Shown here in pieces: positions 1 through 9,895 of a DNA stretch of 32,000 bases. Position numbers and translations under genes: made by a program. This stretch comes from a cyanobacterium endosymbiont of Braarudosphaera bigelowii (GTDB lineage: Bacteria > Cyanobacteriota > Cyanobacteriia > Cyanobacteriales > Microcystaceae). The stretch's first letter is position 1. Every line of letters begins with the position of its first letter. The notes below the pieces were generated by a model. It was given only the letters and a program-made list of their open reading frames with translations. It ran no database searches and had not been told where the DNA came from. The stretch is taken from assembly GCF_020885515.1 (NCBI RefSeq), contig NZ_AP024987.1, forward strand, positions 1,350,001-1,382,000. The letters are read 5' to 3'.

Positions 1-2
1 TA

Positions 3-65
3 GTCCGCGAAAAATTAGCTTTAGGTCCTTTGGAATTAGATGTTTGTTCAGAAAATGATAAGTAA
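3..65 (+). CDS. Possible C-terminal fragment of a CDS cut by the window edge (VREKLALGPLELDVCSENDK*)
   Basis: Frame 3 is open from the window edge to a TAA at 63-65; only 20 codons, family not identifiable. Confidence 0.35.
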   Translation, partial: VREKLALGPLELDVCSENDK

Positions 66-251
66 TAGAATTCATTTCTTTTTGCTAACAAAAAATATCT
101 ATTTGTCATAAAATAACTTTATCAATAATTATCTAGATTTATTTATAATTAAAAGAACTGTGTTAACATCTTGGATGGTTAATACATAAATAAGTTACTT
201 CCGAAGATAGACAATCAAAGATCTGTGGAGGAGTTTACAGGAGTACTAAGT

Positions 252-1322
252 ATGGTAGATAGACAGCAACCTTTAATCTTACACAAAAACACTTTTGATC
301 CTATTCGTATGGGTGTGATTGGTGTGGGTAATATGGGGCAACATCATAGTCGAATTCTTAGCTTACTAAAAGATGTAGAGTTAGTTGGTGTTTCTGATGT
401 TAGTGTAGAAAGAGGAATTGATATTGCTAGTAAATACCGAGTACGTTTTTTTGAAAATTATTTAGATTTACTTCCTCATATTGATGCAGTTTGCATTGCT
501 GTACCTACTAGGTTACACCATTCTGTTGGAATAGACTGCTTAAATGCTGGAGTTCATACCTTAATAGAAAAACCCATTGCTGCAAGTATAACTGAAGCTG
601 AATCTTTAGTTAACGCAGCAGCAGATTCCAAAGGAATTTTACAAGTAGGTCATATTGAACGATTTAATCCTGCTTTTCAAGAATTGAGCAAAGTATTGAA
701 AACTGAAGAAGTTTTGGCTTTAGAAGCACATAGAATGAGTCCTTATTCGCAAAGAGCTAATGATGTTTCTGTAGTTCTCGATTTAATGATCCACGATATT
801 GATTTATTATTGGAACTAGTAAGTTCAACTGTCGTAAAGCTTACAGCGAGTGGTAGTCGCAGATCTAATTCAGATCACCTTAATTATGTAACAGCCACTC
901 TTGGCTTCGCTAATGGAATAGTAGCAACCTTAACTGCCAGTAAGGTTACTCACTGTAAGATACGTCGTCTTGCAGCTCATTGCGAAAATTGCTTAACTGA
1001 GGCTGATTTTCTTAACAATGATATTCTAATCCATAGACAGACTACGGCTAATTACAGCACAGAATATGGACAAGTATGGTACAGACAAGATGGACTGATA
1101 GAAAAAGTACATACAACTAAGGTAGAGCCACTTCATGCAGAACTAGAACATTTCGTACACTGTATACGTGGAGGAGATCAACCATCTGTAGGTGGGGTAC
1201 AAGCCTTAAAAGCTTTGCGTTTGGCTAGTTCTATTGAACAAATGGCATTAGATGGTAAAATTTGGCAGCAATCTGATATAAATTATCAATATCTTAATCC
1301 TTTATCAAGTAAAACTTTTTGA
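252..1322 (+). CDS. Gfo/Idh/MocA family NAD(P)-dependent oxidoreductase
   Basis: Rossmann motif MGVIGVGNMGQHHSRIL, EKPIA motif and a typical Gfo/Idh/MocA C-terminal domain. The track starts at GTG 225, but ATG 252 has AGGAG at 239-243 with an 8-nt spacer and is the likelier start. Confidence 0.88.
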   Translation: MVDRQQPLILHKNTFDPIRMGVIGVGNMGQHHSRILSLLKDVELVGVSDVSVERGIDIASKYRVRFFENYLDLLPHIDAVCIAVPTRLHHSVGIDCLNAGVHTLIEKPIAASITEAESLVNAAADSKGILQVGHIERFNPAFQELSKVLKTEEVLALEAHRMSPYSQRANDVSVVLDLMIHDIDLLLELVSSTVVKLTASGSRRSNSDHLNYVTATLGFANGIVATLTASKVTHCKIRRLAAHCENCLTEADFLNNDILIHRQTTANYSTEYGQVWYRQDGLIEKVHTTKVEPLHAELEHFVHCIRGGDQPSVGGVQALKALRLASSIEQMALDGKIWQQSDINYQYLNPLSSKTF

Positions 1323-1334
1323 CTATATTAGTTG

Positions 1335-1362
1335 AAAAAATCATCTCGAAATTAGATTTTTT
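1335..1362. terminator. Terminator-like hairpin AAAAAATC...GATTTTTT between the oxidoreductase and tRNA-Val
   Basis: 8-bp inverted repeat with a 12-nt loop, A-rich on one side and T-rich on the other. It lies 3' of both the plus gene and the minus tRNA. Confidence 0.5.
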
Positions 1363-1410
1363 AATAAAAAACATGAAAAATATCCTTAAATTCTAAAATA
1401 GTAACGAGTA

Positions 1411-1482
<72 letters not shown>

Positions 1483-1570
1483 TCATTAAGACCTATACAT
1501 CATAACATAATCACCTTATAAAAACAATAGTTATTTTTATAAAATATTAATTCAACTTTTAAAAACTATT

Positions 1571-2095
1571 ATGCCTTCTGGCCGTACTCATGATCGTATC
1601 ACTATATTAAGTGTAGTTCCCATTACAATTCTATTTTATTTTGTCTTTCGTCGTAAAGAACTCATGCTATGGTTTAGCTTGTCTTATATTTTTAGTGGAT
1701 TGATGTTTGGACCAGATCTAGATATTTATTCACTACAATATAAACGATGGGGAATAGGTCGTTGGATTTGGTTACCATATCAATATTCTCTTAAGCATCG
1801 TTCTTTTTTCTCCCATGGCTTTTTAATAGGAACAGTAGTTAGATTGATTTACCTTTCCATTATTGTTGTAGTACTTACTATTTTTACAAATATCGTAACT
1901 CAATTGTTTCTGGGATCAGCTTATAATTGGTGGCCTTTACTTATTACAAACTATGGTAAATTAAGAAACCAATATTTAGAAGAAGTAATTACTATATTTT
2001 GGGGCTTAGAATTAGGTGCTATGAGTCATACAACAAGTGATATTTTAGTTACAAATCTTAAACGGTTGAAAACCAAAATATCAAAAACTAAATAA
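1571..2095 (+). CDS. Putative metal-binding membrane protein, DUF2227-like
   Basis: MPSGRTHDRIT start, FGPDLDIYSLQYKRWG and LKHRSFFSHG motifs (His/Asp rich), hydrophobic segments. Confidence 0.75.
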   Translation: MPSGRTHDRITILSVVPITILFYFVFRRKELMLWFSLSYIFSGLMFGPDLDIYSLQYKRWGIGRWIWLPYQYSLKHRSFFSHGFLIGTVVRLIYLSIIVVVLTIFTNIVTQLFLGSAYNWWPLLITNYGKLRNQYLEEVITIFWGLELGAMSHTTSDILVTNLKRLKTKISKTK

Positions 2096-2103
2096 AAAAA
2101 TTA

Positions 2104-2132
2104 CCCGATAAAACTAAGTTAGTATCATCGGG
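2104..2132 (-). terminator. Terminator-like hairpin CCCGAT...ATCGGG for the ndh operon
   Basis: 6-bp GC-rich stem; on the minus strand it is followed by TAATTTTTTT. Located about 30 nt past the ndhE stop. Confidence 0.6.
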
Positions 2133-2161
2133 AAAAATAAAGATAATAAATATTTACTATC

Positions 2162-2473
2162 TCACCATTTAAGTAAATTAAACTGTTCCATATCTATGGT
2201 TTCACGGTTTCGATAGATTGACAAAATAATCGCTAAACCAACCGCAGCTTCTGCTGCAGCAACAGTAAGGACAAATATTGTAAAAATCTGTCCTTTAATT
2301 TCCTCTGAATCAAGAAAGTTAGAAAATGCTATTAAGTTTATATTAACAGCATTGAGCATTAATTCTATAGACATCAAAACTCGAACTGCATTACGACTAT
2401 TTACAAGACCGAAAATTCCAATACAAAAAAGAAATGCTGCCAGTAACACATAGGATTCCAACTGTACTGCCAT
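2162..2473 (-). CDS. ndhE: NAD(P)H-quinone oxidoreductase subunit 4L (NdhE)
   Basis: 101 aa with [40 protein letters not shown], diagnostic for NdhE/NuoK; operon context. Confidence 0.96.
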   Translation of the reverse strand: MAVQLESYVLLAAFLFCIGIFGLVNSRNAVRVLMSIELMLNAVNINLIAFSNFLDSEEIKGQIFTIFVLTVAAAEAAVGLAIILSIYRNRETIDMEQFNLLKW

Positions 2474-2506
2474 AAAACCTCATAGTGATGAATAAACTTT
2501 TACTTT

Positions 2507-3130
2507 TTATAAGTCTGAAGACTTATATGAAGACAGTTCCTGTAATTTTTCTTCTGTCAAACGTTCAGGTAACTCTAAAGCAGTCGATATACCTTCACTA
2601 TCATAAATTTCAGGAATCAAATCGCGACGTGCTAGAACAATTGCTCCTACCATCGCTATTAATAGCAAAATAGAAGCTAATTCAAAAGGTAAAAGGAAAT
2701 CACTGAACAAATGTCTTCCTATTTTTATAACCGTACTTTCTAAGACTTCTGGAGAAACAGGTTTCAAGTTCCAGGGAGTCATATAAATCACAGTTGAAAG
2801 TAAAGCAAAAATTCCCCCACATACTATGATACTAGAAACCTGACGTATCGATGTTTTGGATGAATTAGAGTAATCCACTTTTTTATTTACTAGCATAATA
2901 GCAAACAAAATTAAAACATTAATTGCTCCTACATAGATTAAGATTTGTGCTGCTGCTATAAAATCAGCATTTAGAAGAATATATATTCCTGATATTCCTA
3001 TAAAGACTCCTCCTAATAAAAATGCAGAATAAACAATGTTTGACAATAAAACAACGCCTAAAGCAGAGATAATTACTAACCCAGCTAAAATGGCGAAAGA
3101 GACGAGTTGGACTCCTTCTGCTAAATTCAC
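2507..3130 (-). CDS. ndhG: NAD(P)H-quinone oxidoreductase subunit 6 (NdhG)
   Basis: NdhG/NuoJ-like hydrophobic protein with DFIAAAQILIYVGAINVLILFAIML; position between ndhI and ndhE. Confidence 0.95.
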   Translation of the reverse strand: MNLAEGVQLVSFAILAGLVIISALGVVLLSNIVYSAFLLGGVFIGISGIYILLNADFIAAAQILIYVGAINVLILFAIMLVNKKVDYSNSSKTSIRQVSSIIVCGGIFALLSTVIYMTPWNLKPVSPEVLESTVIKIGRHLFSDFLLPFELASILLLIAMVGAIVLARRDLIPEIYDSEGISTALELPERLTEEKLQELSSYKSSDL

Positions 3131-3222
3131 TATTATTGATACTCCTTTTTCGTTGATTAGTAAAAATTTGATAGATGATAAAAAATTTTGTTTCAGTAAG
3201 AAATTTTTTATCGACTACCATT

Positions 3223-3816
3223 TTATTCAGATAAAGTTTCTGTTTCTTGGACAATCTCTTCAGGTCTTTTACCTGTTCTATGTGACCCTAGTGGTAAATC
3301 ATGAGGATCAAGTACTTCCTTCGGCAAGTAGGCTAATTCTCTTAGAGGTGTAACCATTGGATCTTGTGTAACTTTGTAAGGTAACCTTCCAAGAGCTATG
3401 CTGTCATAATTTAATTCATGACGATCATAAGTAGCTAGCTCATAATCTTCAGTCATGGATAAACAATTTGTAGGACAATATTCCACACAATTACCACAAA
3501 AGATACAAACTCCGAAATCTATACTGTAGTCTTTAAGATCTTTCTTCTTGTTTTCTTTATTGAACTGCCAGTTAACTACGGGAAGATTGATTGGACATGC
3601 TCGAACACATACTTCACAAGCGATACATTTATCGAATTCATGATGAATTCTTCCTCTATATCGTTCTGAAGGAATCAATTTCTCGTAAGGATACTGTACT
3701 GTAATAGGTCGACGACTCATGTGATCGAATGTTACAGACAAACCTTGGCCAATATACTTTGCTGCCTGAATTGTACTTTTAGCGTAGTCACCTACTTGCT
3801 TAAGAACATTAAACAT
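3223..3816 (-). CDS. ndhI: NAD(P)H-quinone oxidoreductase subunit I (NdhI), 2x[4Fe-4S]
   Basis: [16 protein letters not shown] and [16 protein letters not shown] ferredoxin motifs; operon context. Confidence 0.97.
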   Translation of the reverse strand: MFNVLKQVGDYAKSTIQAAKYIGQGLSVTFDHMSRRPITVQYPYEKLIPSERYRGRIHHEFDKCIACEVCVRACPINLPVVNWQFNKENKKKDLKDYSIDFGVCIFCGNCVEYCPTNCLSMTEDYELATYDRHELNYDSIALGRLPYKVTQDPMVTPLRELAYLPKEVLDPHDLPLGSHRTGKRPEEIVQETETLSE

Positions 3817-3848
3817 TTGTTTTTTTCCTACTTCTTTAACGATAAAAA

Positions 3849-4967
3849 TTAACCACCAAATGCTAACGGAAACACTAATTTAAGAGCTGCAGTTACAAGT
3901 AAATTAACCAAAGATATAGGTAAAAGGAATTTCCATCCCAAATCTAATAATTGGTCAATACGTACACGAGGAACAGTCCATCTCATCAAAATTGCGAAAA
4001 AGACTAAAAAATATGCCTTAATAACAGTCATAAAAATTCCTACAGAAGCAATAATTATCTGTAACCAGTAATTATTAGCATTTAGCCCTAACCATTGAGC
4101 CAACTTTTCAAGAGGAATAGGAAACTCCCAGCCCCCCAAGTATAAAATTGCAAAAATAAGAGCAGATAAAACCAAATTAACGTAAGATCCAAGATAAAAA
4201 AGAGCAAACTTCATTCCAGAATACTCAGTTTGATAGCCAGCTACGATTTCTTCTTCGGCCTCAGGTAAATCAAAAGGAAGTCTTTCACACTCGGCTAGTG
4301 CAGCAATCCAAAAAATTACAAACCCAACAGGTTGTCGCCAAATATTCCATCCTAGAATACCGTATCCTGATTGTTGATGTACTATATCTATTGTACTTAA
4401 ACTATTAGACATCATAACAACGGCTAATACAGAAAGGGCTAGAGGAATTTCATAACTAATTGACTGTGCTGCTGCCCTTAAACCTCCTAATAGAGAATAT
4501 TTATTGTTAGAAGCATAACCTGACATTAATAGGCCAATTGGAACAACACTAGACAAAGTTATCCAAAGAAAAATTCCGAGATTGAGATCACTAACAATTA
4601 AATCTTCTCCGAAAGGAACAATTAAATAAGAAACAAAGACTGGAACAACAACTAGTATTGGTCCAATAGTAAATAGCCAAGAATCAGCCTTAGCTGGAAT
4701 AATATCTTCTTTAAAGACCAATTTAATACCATCAGCAACTGGCTGTAATACTCCTAACGGTCCAGCATATTCTGGACCAATACGTTGTTGAACGGCAGCA
4801 GAAATTTTTCTTTCTAGCCAAACTACAACTAAAACACCTACTGTTGCTGCAATAATCATCAAAAAAGATGGCAAAGGGATCCATAAGGCTTTAGCGGCCC
4901 CACTAGGAATCCCAAATTGTTTCAGAGATTCAATAAAATTCGTTTTTAGGTCAATTCCTGTGTTCAT
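3849..4967 (-). CDS. ndhA: NAD(P)H-quinone oxidoreductase subunit 1 (NdhA)
   Basis: 372-aa NdhA/NuoH protein with [39 protein letters not shown] and [22 protein letters not shown]. Confidence 0.97.
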   Translation of the reverse strand: MNTGIDLKTNFIESLKQFGIPSGAAKALWIPLPSFLMIIAATVGVLVVVWLERKISAAVQQRIGPEYAGPLGVLQPVADGIKLVFKEDIIPAKADSWLFTIGPILVVVPVFVSYLIVPFGEDLIVSDLNLGIFLWITLSSVVPIGLLMSGYASNNKYSLLGGLRAAAQSISYEIPLALSVLAVVMMSNSLSTIDIVHQQSGYGILGWNIWRQPVGFVIFWIAALAECERLPFDLPEAEEEIVAGYQTEYSGMKFALFYLGSYVNLVLSALIFAILYLGGWEFPIPLEKLAQWLGLNANNYWLQIIIASVGIFMTVIKAYFLVFFAILMRWTVPRVRIDQLLDLGWKFLLPISLVNLLVTAALKLVFPLAFGG

Positions 4968-5341
4968 TACATTCTAACGCTATAAGTTAAGATTGCTAAG
5001 CCTCTTGCTTAGTATATCGTTGGACGTGAGATAATCTTGCGAGCTTTATGGTTAATTTCTGAAAATTGAGCATAAATCTACAATATCTATTTAAGACTTA
5101 GTTTGATTGATTAGGACAATATAATTTTTTATATTTTTAGAGTACCAATATTAATCAATCAAATCTTTCGCGACAGAGAAATAACTTATCCTAGTATTTA
5201 ATTACAGGACTAGTCGTAAATTCGCTATCTTACTACAGAATATTAAACATTGAGACTGTTTGCAAAACTTTACGTTATGCATATAATAATTTCATTTTAA
5301 TATTCATAATTGAAAATTTGATGCTTTTTTAGAAATTTACC

Positions 5342-6268
5342 ATGAAGATTTTAATAACAGGTGCAACAGGATTTTTAGGAACTAGTTTGTGCTCTTTACT
5401 CGAGAGTCAAGGGCATGACTTGGTTTCCTTAAATTCCAAAAATTGTGATCTCACAAAATCAGACTCATTATTAAAATTTAACGATTTAGTCTATGATCAA
5501 GTTTATCATTTAGCAGCTTGGACACAAGCAGGAGACTTTTGTTTATATCATCCAGGTGAACAATGGATAGTGAATCAAAAAATTAATATAAATATCTTAG
5601 ATTGGTGGCAAAAATATCAACCTCAGGCAAAATTTATTTGTATGGGAACAAGTTGTGCCTATGACAACGACTTATCTTTAATAGAAGAGAATTACTTAAC
5701 AGGAATACCTATTAGTAGTTTGTTCACTTATGCTATGACTAAAAGAATGCTTTATGCAGGTCTTTTAGCTTTGAATAAGCAATATTCCTTGAATTATTTG
5801 TGTTTGGTTCCTTCAACTTTATATGGAGCTGGCTATCACACTGACGGTAGACAAATGCATTTTATTTTTGATCTTATCCGTAAGATAATTCGTGGAAAAC
5901 TTTATAACGAACCTGTTATTCTTTGGGGGGATGGTACTCAGTCAAGAGAATTAGTCTTTGTCGAAGATTTTGCAAAGATTGCTATTGAATTAGCTCAATC
6001 CACCAATAATGAATTAATAAATATTGGTGCCGGTGAAGAATATACTATTCGCCATTTTGCTAAGTTGATTTGTAATCAAGTAGGATATGACTTTAATAAA
6101 ATTCAGTTTGATTCTTCTCGATATGTGGGAGCGAAATCTAAATGCTTAGTGATTAATAAGCTTAGACAATCTTTACCTGATTACGACTTAACTCCTTTAG
6201 AATTAGGGTTAACAAAAACAATTGAGTGGTTCTGGCAGGAACAAGAACAACTTGTTCCTATTTATTAA
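5342..6268 (+). CDS. NAD-dependent epimerase/dehydratase (nucleotide-sugar SDR, GDP-L-fucose-synthase-like)
   Basis: Glycine-rich GATGFLG, S/YxxxK catalytic signature (GTSCAY...YAMTK), and GTQSRELVFVEDFA. Confidence 0.82.
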   Translation: MKILITGATGFLGTSLCSLLESQGHDLVSLNSKNCDLTKSDSLLKFNDLVYDQVYHLAAWTQAGDFCLYHPGEQWIVNQKININILDWWQKYQPQAKFICMGTSCAYDNDLSLIEENYLTGIPISSLFTYAMTKRMLYAGLLALNKQYSLNYLCLVPSTLYGAGYHTDGRQMHFIFDLIRKIIRGKLYNEPVILWGDGTQSRELVFVEDFAKIAIELAQSTNNELINIGAGEEYTIRHFAKLICNQVGYDFNKIQFDSSRYVGAKSKCLVINKLRQSLPDYDLTPLELGLTKTIEWFWQEQEQLVPIY

Positions 6269-6282
6269 GTGAGGAAGGAACG

Positions 6283-6873
6283 GTGAACTATTGGATTCAA
6301 CATAGATTGAATAACCTAGATAAGGCTTTTAACTCTAGGTATTGTAATGCTCTTGAAAATACTGTTGATTTAGTTGCAAAACAATTTCAAACAGGTAATA
6401 AATTGTTAATTTGTGGAAATGGTGGTTCAGCGGCAGATGCTCAGCATATTGCTGCTGAATTTATAGGAAGGTTTCAACTTCATCGCAGAGGATTACCTGC
6501 CATGGCATTAGGTACAAATCCAGCCGTACTAACAGCATGGTCTAATGATTATGAGTTTGAAACTATTTTTGCTCGCCAGGTGGAAGCTTTTGGAAAACCT
6601 GGTGATATTCTATGGGGGATTTCTACGTCAGGCAAATCTGCTAATATCATTCGCGCAATGGAAATTGCGAGAGAAATAGGACTAATTACGATTGGTATGG
6701 CTGGAAATGATGGAGGAATGTTAAAAGATCTAGCGGATTATCCTTTATTCGTCTCAGAATATCATACTCCATATATTCAAGAGATTCATTTAATTACCTA
6801 CCATAGAATTTGTGAACAAGTGGAAGCTCAATTATTTGCAAAGACTGGTTTGGGAGCGCAAATTGCCGTCTAA
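6283..6873 (+). CDS. gmhA: D-sedoheptulose-7-phosphate isomerase (SIS domain)
   Basis: LLICGNGGSAADAQHIAAEFIGRF, GDILWGISTSGKSANI and HLITYHRICEQVE motifs. The track starts at GTG 6226, but GTG 6283 is in frame and preceded by GAGGAAGG. Confidence 0.85.
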   Translation: MNYWIQHRLNNLDKAFNSRYCNALENTVDLVAKQFQTGNKLLICGNGGSAADAQHIAAEFIGRFQLHRRGLPAMALGTNPAVLTAWSNDYEFETIFARQVEAFGKPGDILWGISTSGKSANIIRAMEIAREIGLITIGMAGNDGGMLKDLADYPLFVSEYHTPYIQEIHLITYHRICEQVEAQLFAKTGLGAQIAV

Positions 6874-6880
6874 ATGAAAA

Positions 6881-7453
6881 ATGCTGAATACAATAGCAAC
6901 TTCTACTTCGTATACTTTAGAAAATAAAAAAGCTCTATTTTTAGACAGAGACGGAGTTGTTATTAAGTATATACCCTATCTCTTTAAACTAGAACAAGTA
7001 GAGCTTCCTCTCGGTGCAGGGGAAGCTCTTAAACAATGGCAAGATGCTGGATATTTGTTAATTCTGATAACTAACCAAGCAGGCATAGGAAGAGGCTACT
7101 ACAATTTAAAACATGTTAGAAGTGTACATAATTACATTTGTAAAGAATATAAAAAATTTGGAGTAAATTTTTATGATATCTTCATGTGCCCTCATCACCC
7201 TAATAATAGATGCTCATGTCGTAAACCTTCTCCTCAAATGTTAATTGATGCCTCAATTAAACATAGTATCCTACTGTCTAAATCGTTTTTTATTGGAGAT
7301 TCAATTAGTGACGTTGAATCTGCATTAAATGCAGGTTGTCATCCTATCCTGTTGTTAACTGGTAAAGGACGAGACTCTTTAAAAAAGATAATTAAATATC
7401 CTCATAACATCGAAATTTTTGAGACCTTGCAAGAAACTGTGAAAATAATATAG
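6881..7453 (+). CDS. gmhB: HAD-IIIA hydrolase, D-glycero-D-manno-heptose 1,7-bisphosphate 7-phosphatase-like
   Basis: FLDRDGVV, TNQAGIGRG, zinc-binding-type CPHHPNNRCSCRKP, and FIGDSISDVESA motifs. Confidence 0.8.
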   Translation: MLNTIATSTSYTLENKKALFLDRDGVVIKYIPYLFKLEQVELPLGAGEALKQWQDAGYLLILITNQAGIGRGYYNLKHVRSVHNYICKEYKKFGVNFYDIFMCPHHPNNRCSCRKPSPQMLIDASIKHSILLSKSFFIGDSISDVESALNAGCHPILLLTGKGRDSLKKIIKYPHNIEIFETLQETVKII

Positions 7454-7472
7454 TTAGATAAAATAATTAAAT

Positions 7473-8657
7473 ATGAACCGAAATGAAGAGAAACAACTAA
7501 CACCAGTATTTGTATCGTTAGTTCCTAATTTAATGGAAGGTCAAGGACATATAGTTCCTTATCATAAATCTGTAGGTGAAGCCATTTCTCAATTAGGATG
7601 GAAACACTGTGTTGCTGTACCTATTAATAATAAGGTTTATGATTTGCCTGTCAATTGGGATGCATGTTTAAATACTTACGATTTAGAAAAGAAAGGAAGT
7701 TGGTATCATAAACTTTTTCACCTTCAAGAAGTTTGGATATTAGGGAAAAATATTGCTAATTATTTAAATAATAAAGTTGTTGATAAATCAAGACCTCATA
7801 TTTTATTTTTAGAAAGATTTATACATCTACAACTTTTAGCTTTATTTTTATGTCTACTATTAATTCCTACTAACAATTTATCCATCTGGTTGTTGTATCG
7901 CAGAGATACCCATAAGGACAATACCAAAATTATTTATAAAATTCTCAATTATCTTATAAAAATTAGAATAAAGTCAGGTAGGTTTCAACTTCTTACAGAT
8001 AGCGACTTATTAAGTGAGCAACTATCAAATTATTTTCACATACCTGTAAAAGTTTTTCCTATTCCTCATACTGAAGTAAGTTCATTTTTTAATACTCTAA
8101 ACGTTAAATCTGAAATTCTATGTTGGTGGCCAGGATCACCTAGAGAAGAAAAAGGTTGGCAAACTATCAAGAAGTTAGTTAATTATTCTGGAGAAAATAC
8201 GAAAAATATTCATTTTATCTGTTCAGAAGCAGCAAATTTGGAACCTGTTCAGGATGGAGTCAATCTTAAGTTAATTAAAAGTTACTTAACAAGAAAAGAA
8301 TATTATTGTTGGCTTCACCTAAGCCAAGTAATTTTGTTGCCTTATAATTCTTTTGAATATGAATCAAGAACATCAGGTATTTTTACAGAGTGTATTGTTT
8401 CTGGAAAAATACCTTTAGTTACTAACAACACATGGATGTCTCATGAATGTACTAAGTACAATTTAACTGAATTAATTATTGATTGGCATAATCCAGAATA
8501 TGTTTTTGATAGTATAAAAAAAATAGCTGAATCCAATACTATTCAAAATAAAATACAAAATATGCGAGAGAGTTATAAAAATTTTCACAATATCAGTAAT
8601 TATAGTTTGACAATAAAAAATTTATATCAGGAAATGATAATTTCAAATTATGATTAA
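7473..8657 (+). CDS. Glycosyltransferase, GT4/GT-B-like, divergent
   Basis: N-terminal GQGHIVPYHKSVGEA, SPREEKGW segment, and C-terminal ESRTSGIFTECIVSGKIPLVTNNTW typical of GT-B donor-side regions; in a glycan cluster. Confidence 0.6.
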   Translation: MNRNEEKQLTPVFVSLVPNLMEGQGHIVPYHKSVGEAISQLGWKHCVAVPINNKVYDLPVNWDACLNTYDLEKKGSWYHKLFHLQEVWILGKNIANYLNNKVVDKSRPHILFLERFIHLQLLALFLCLLLIPTNNLSIWLLYRRDTHKDNTKIIYKILNYLIKIRIKSGRFQLLTDSDLLSEQLSNYFHIPVKVFPIPHTEVSSFFNTLNVKSEILCWWPGSPREEKGWQTIKKLVNYSGENTKNIHFICSEAANLEPVQDGVNLKLIKSYLTRKEYYCWLHLSQVILLPYNSFEYESRTSGIFTECIVSGKIPLVTNNTWMSHECTKYNLTELIIDWHNPEYVFDSIKKIAESNTIQNKIQNMRESYKNFHNISNYSLTIKNLYQEMIISNYD

Positions 8658-9825
8658 AGTCTATATTGATGCAACTTCTGTTCGAAATAAACCAACAGGT
8701 ATTGGCTTTTATACAATTAATTTAATTAACGAGCTATATTATTTAGAAAATACAAGTGACTTAAATTTAAACATTTATTTTCATCCTTCCTTAAAAAATT
8801 GGCTTAGCCGTAATTTTTTGATTCCAAAATTACTAGAACAATATTTAAAAGTGTTACCTTTAAATATCCCAGTCAGCTTAGCTGATTTACTGGCAAAATA
8901 TTCTCCTTTTATATTGTTTTGTTTTAGGAATAATTTAGGTGACATAGATCTTATACATGGAGCAGATCACTACATTTATCCTCATCAGCAAGCAAAAAAA
9001 GTTATAACTATCCACGATCTTACTTTTCTAAAATTTCCAAAATACTCAACTAAAATAGTTAAAAGTTATACCAAAAGAATTAAACAATGTTTAAAGTGGA
9101 CAGATGCGATTATAACTTTTTCAGAAAATACCAAGCAAGATATTGTAGATTTCTTCAATGTTGATCCTAATGTCATATATATTATTCCTCAAGCAAGTCG
9201 ATATTCAAATAATTATTTAACACCTCAAATACTAACCAAATGTATTGTTTCTATAGAAAAACATCTACATAGTCCTTACTTCCTTTTTGTTAGTACACTA
9301 GAACCAAGAAAAAATATTTTAAATTTAATTAAAGCATTTGAATATTTAAAAATTAACTATAGTATTCCTCATAAATTAATACTAATCGGGAAAAAAGGAT
9401 GGGATTATAATTCTATTATTGATTACATAAATAAATCAACCTTTAAGGAAGATATTCAACACTTAGATTATATATCAGATCAATTATTAGCTGTTTTTTA
9501 TAGCCAAGCAGAGGCTTTTATTTATCCATCTTTTTATGAAGGATTTGGGCTGCCTATTTTAGAAGCAATGACGTTAGGAAGCCCTGTTATTACATCTAAC
9601 ACATCTTCCTTACCTGAAGTAGCTGGTAATGCTGCACTATATGTTGATCCTTATGATTACTATCAATTAGCAAAAATGATGTTAAAGATATTAAATAATC
9701 CTGATCTTAGAAAAGAAATGATTAGTCGAGGTAAACAACAAGCTAATAATTTTTCTTGGAAGAATACGGCATTAAAAACTTTAAATGCATATAAATCTGT
9801 TTTAAGTAAAAGTAAAAAATTATAA
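8650..9825 (+). CDS. Glycosyltransferase family 4
   Basis: [25 protein letters not shown]-type, [45 protein letters not shown]. Confidence 0.88.
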   Translation: MIKVYIDATSVRNKPTGIGFYTINLINELYYLENTSDLNLNIYFHPSLKNWLSRNFLIPKLLEQYLKVLPLNIPVSLADLLAKYSPFILFCFRNNLGDIDLIHGADHYIYPHQQAKKVITIHDLTFLKFPKYSTKIVKSYTKRIKQCLKWTDAIITFSENTKQDIVDFFNVDPNVIYIIPQASRYSNNYLTPQILTKCIVSIEKHLHSPYFLFVSTLEPRKNILNLIKAFEYLKINYSIPHKLILIGKKGWDYNSIIDYINKSTFKEDIQHLDYISDQLLAVFYSQAEAFIYPSFYEGFGLPILEAMTLGSPVITSNTSSLPEVAGNAALYVDPYDYYQLAKMMLKILNNPDLRKEMISRGKQQANNFSWKNTALKTLNAYKSVLSKSKKL

Positions 9826-9895
9826 ATATTTGATTAGGTATAGTTAAAATTTTAGTTATAAATTTCAATTTTCTTGCTAACTATTTACACAACAA

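Noticed and set aside
2485-2673. Plus-strand ORF, 62 aa
   Set aside because: Antisense to ndhG and its spacer; no motif; shadow ORF.
2964-3353. ORFs 2964-3254(-) and 3036-3353(+)
   Set aside because: They overlap ndhG/ndhI in other frames; low-complexity, no family signal.
4996-5012. Small hairpin CTAAGC-ctctt-GCTTAG upstream of ndhA
   Set aside because: Only 6 bp and in a promoter-proximal AT-rich region; could be chance, not enough support for a feature.
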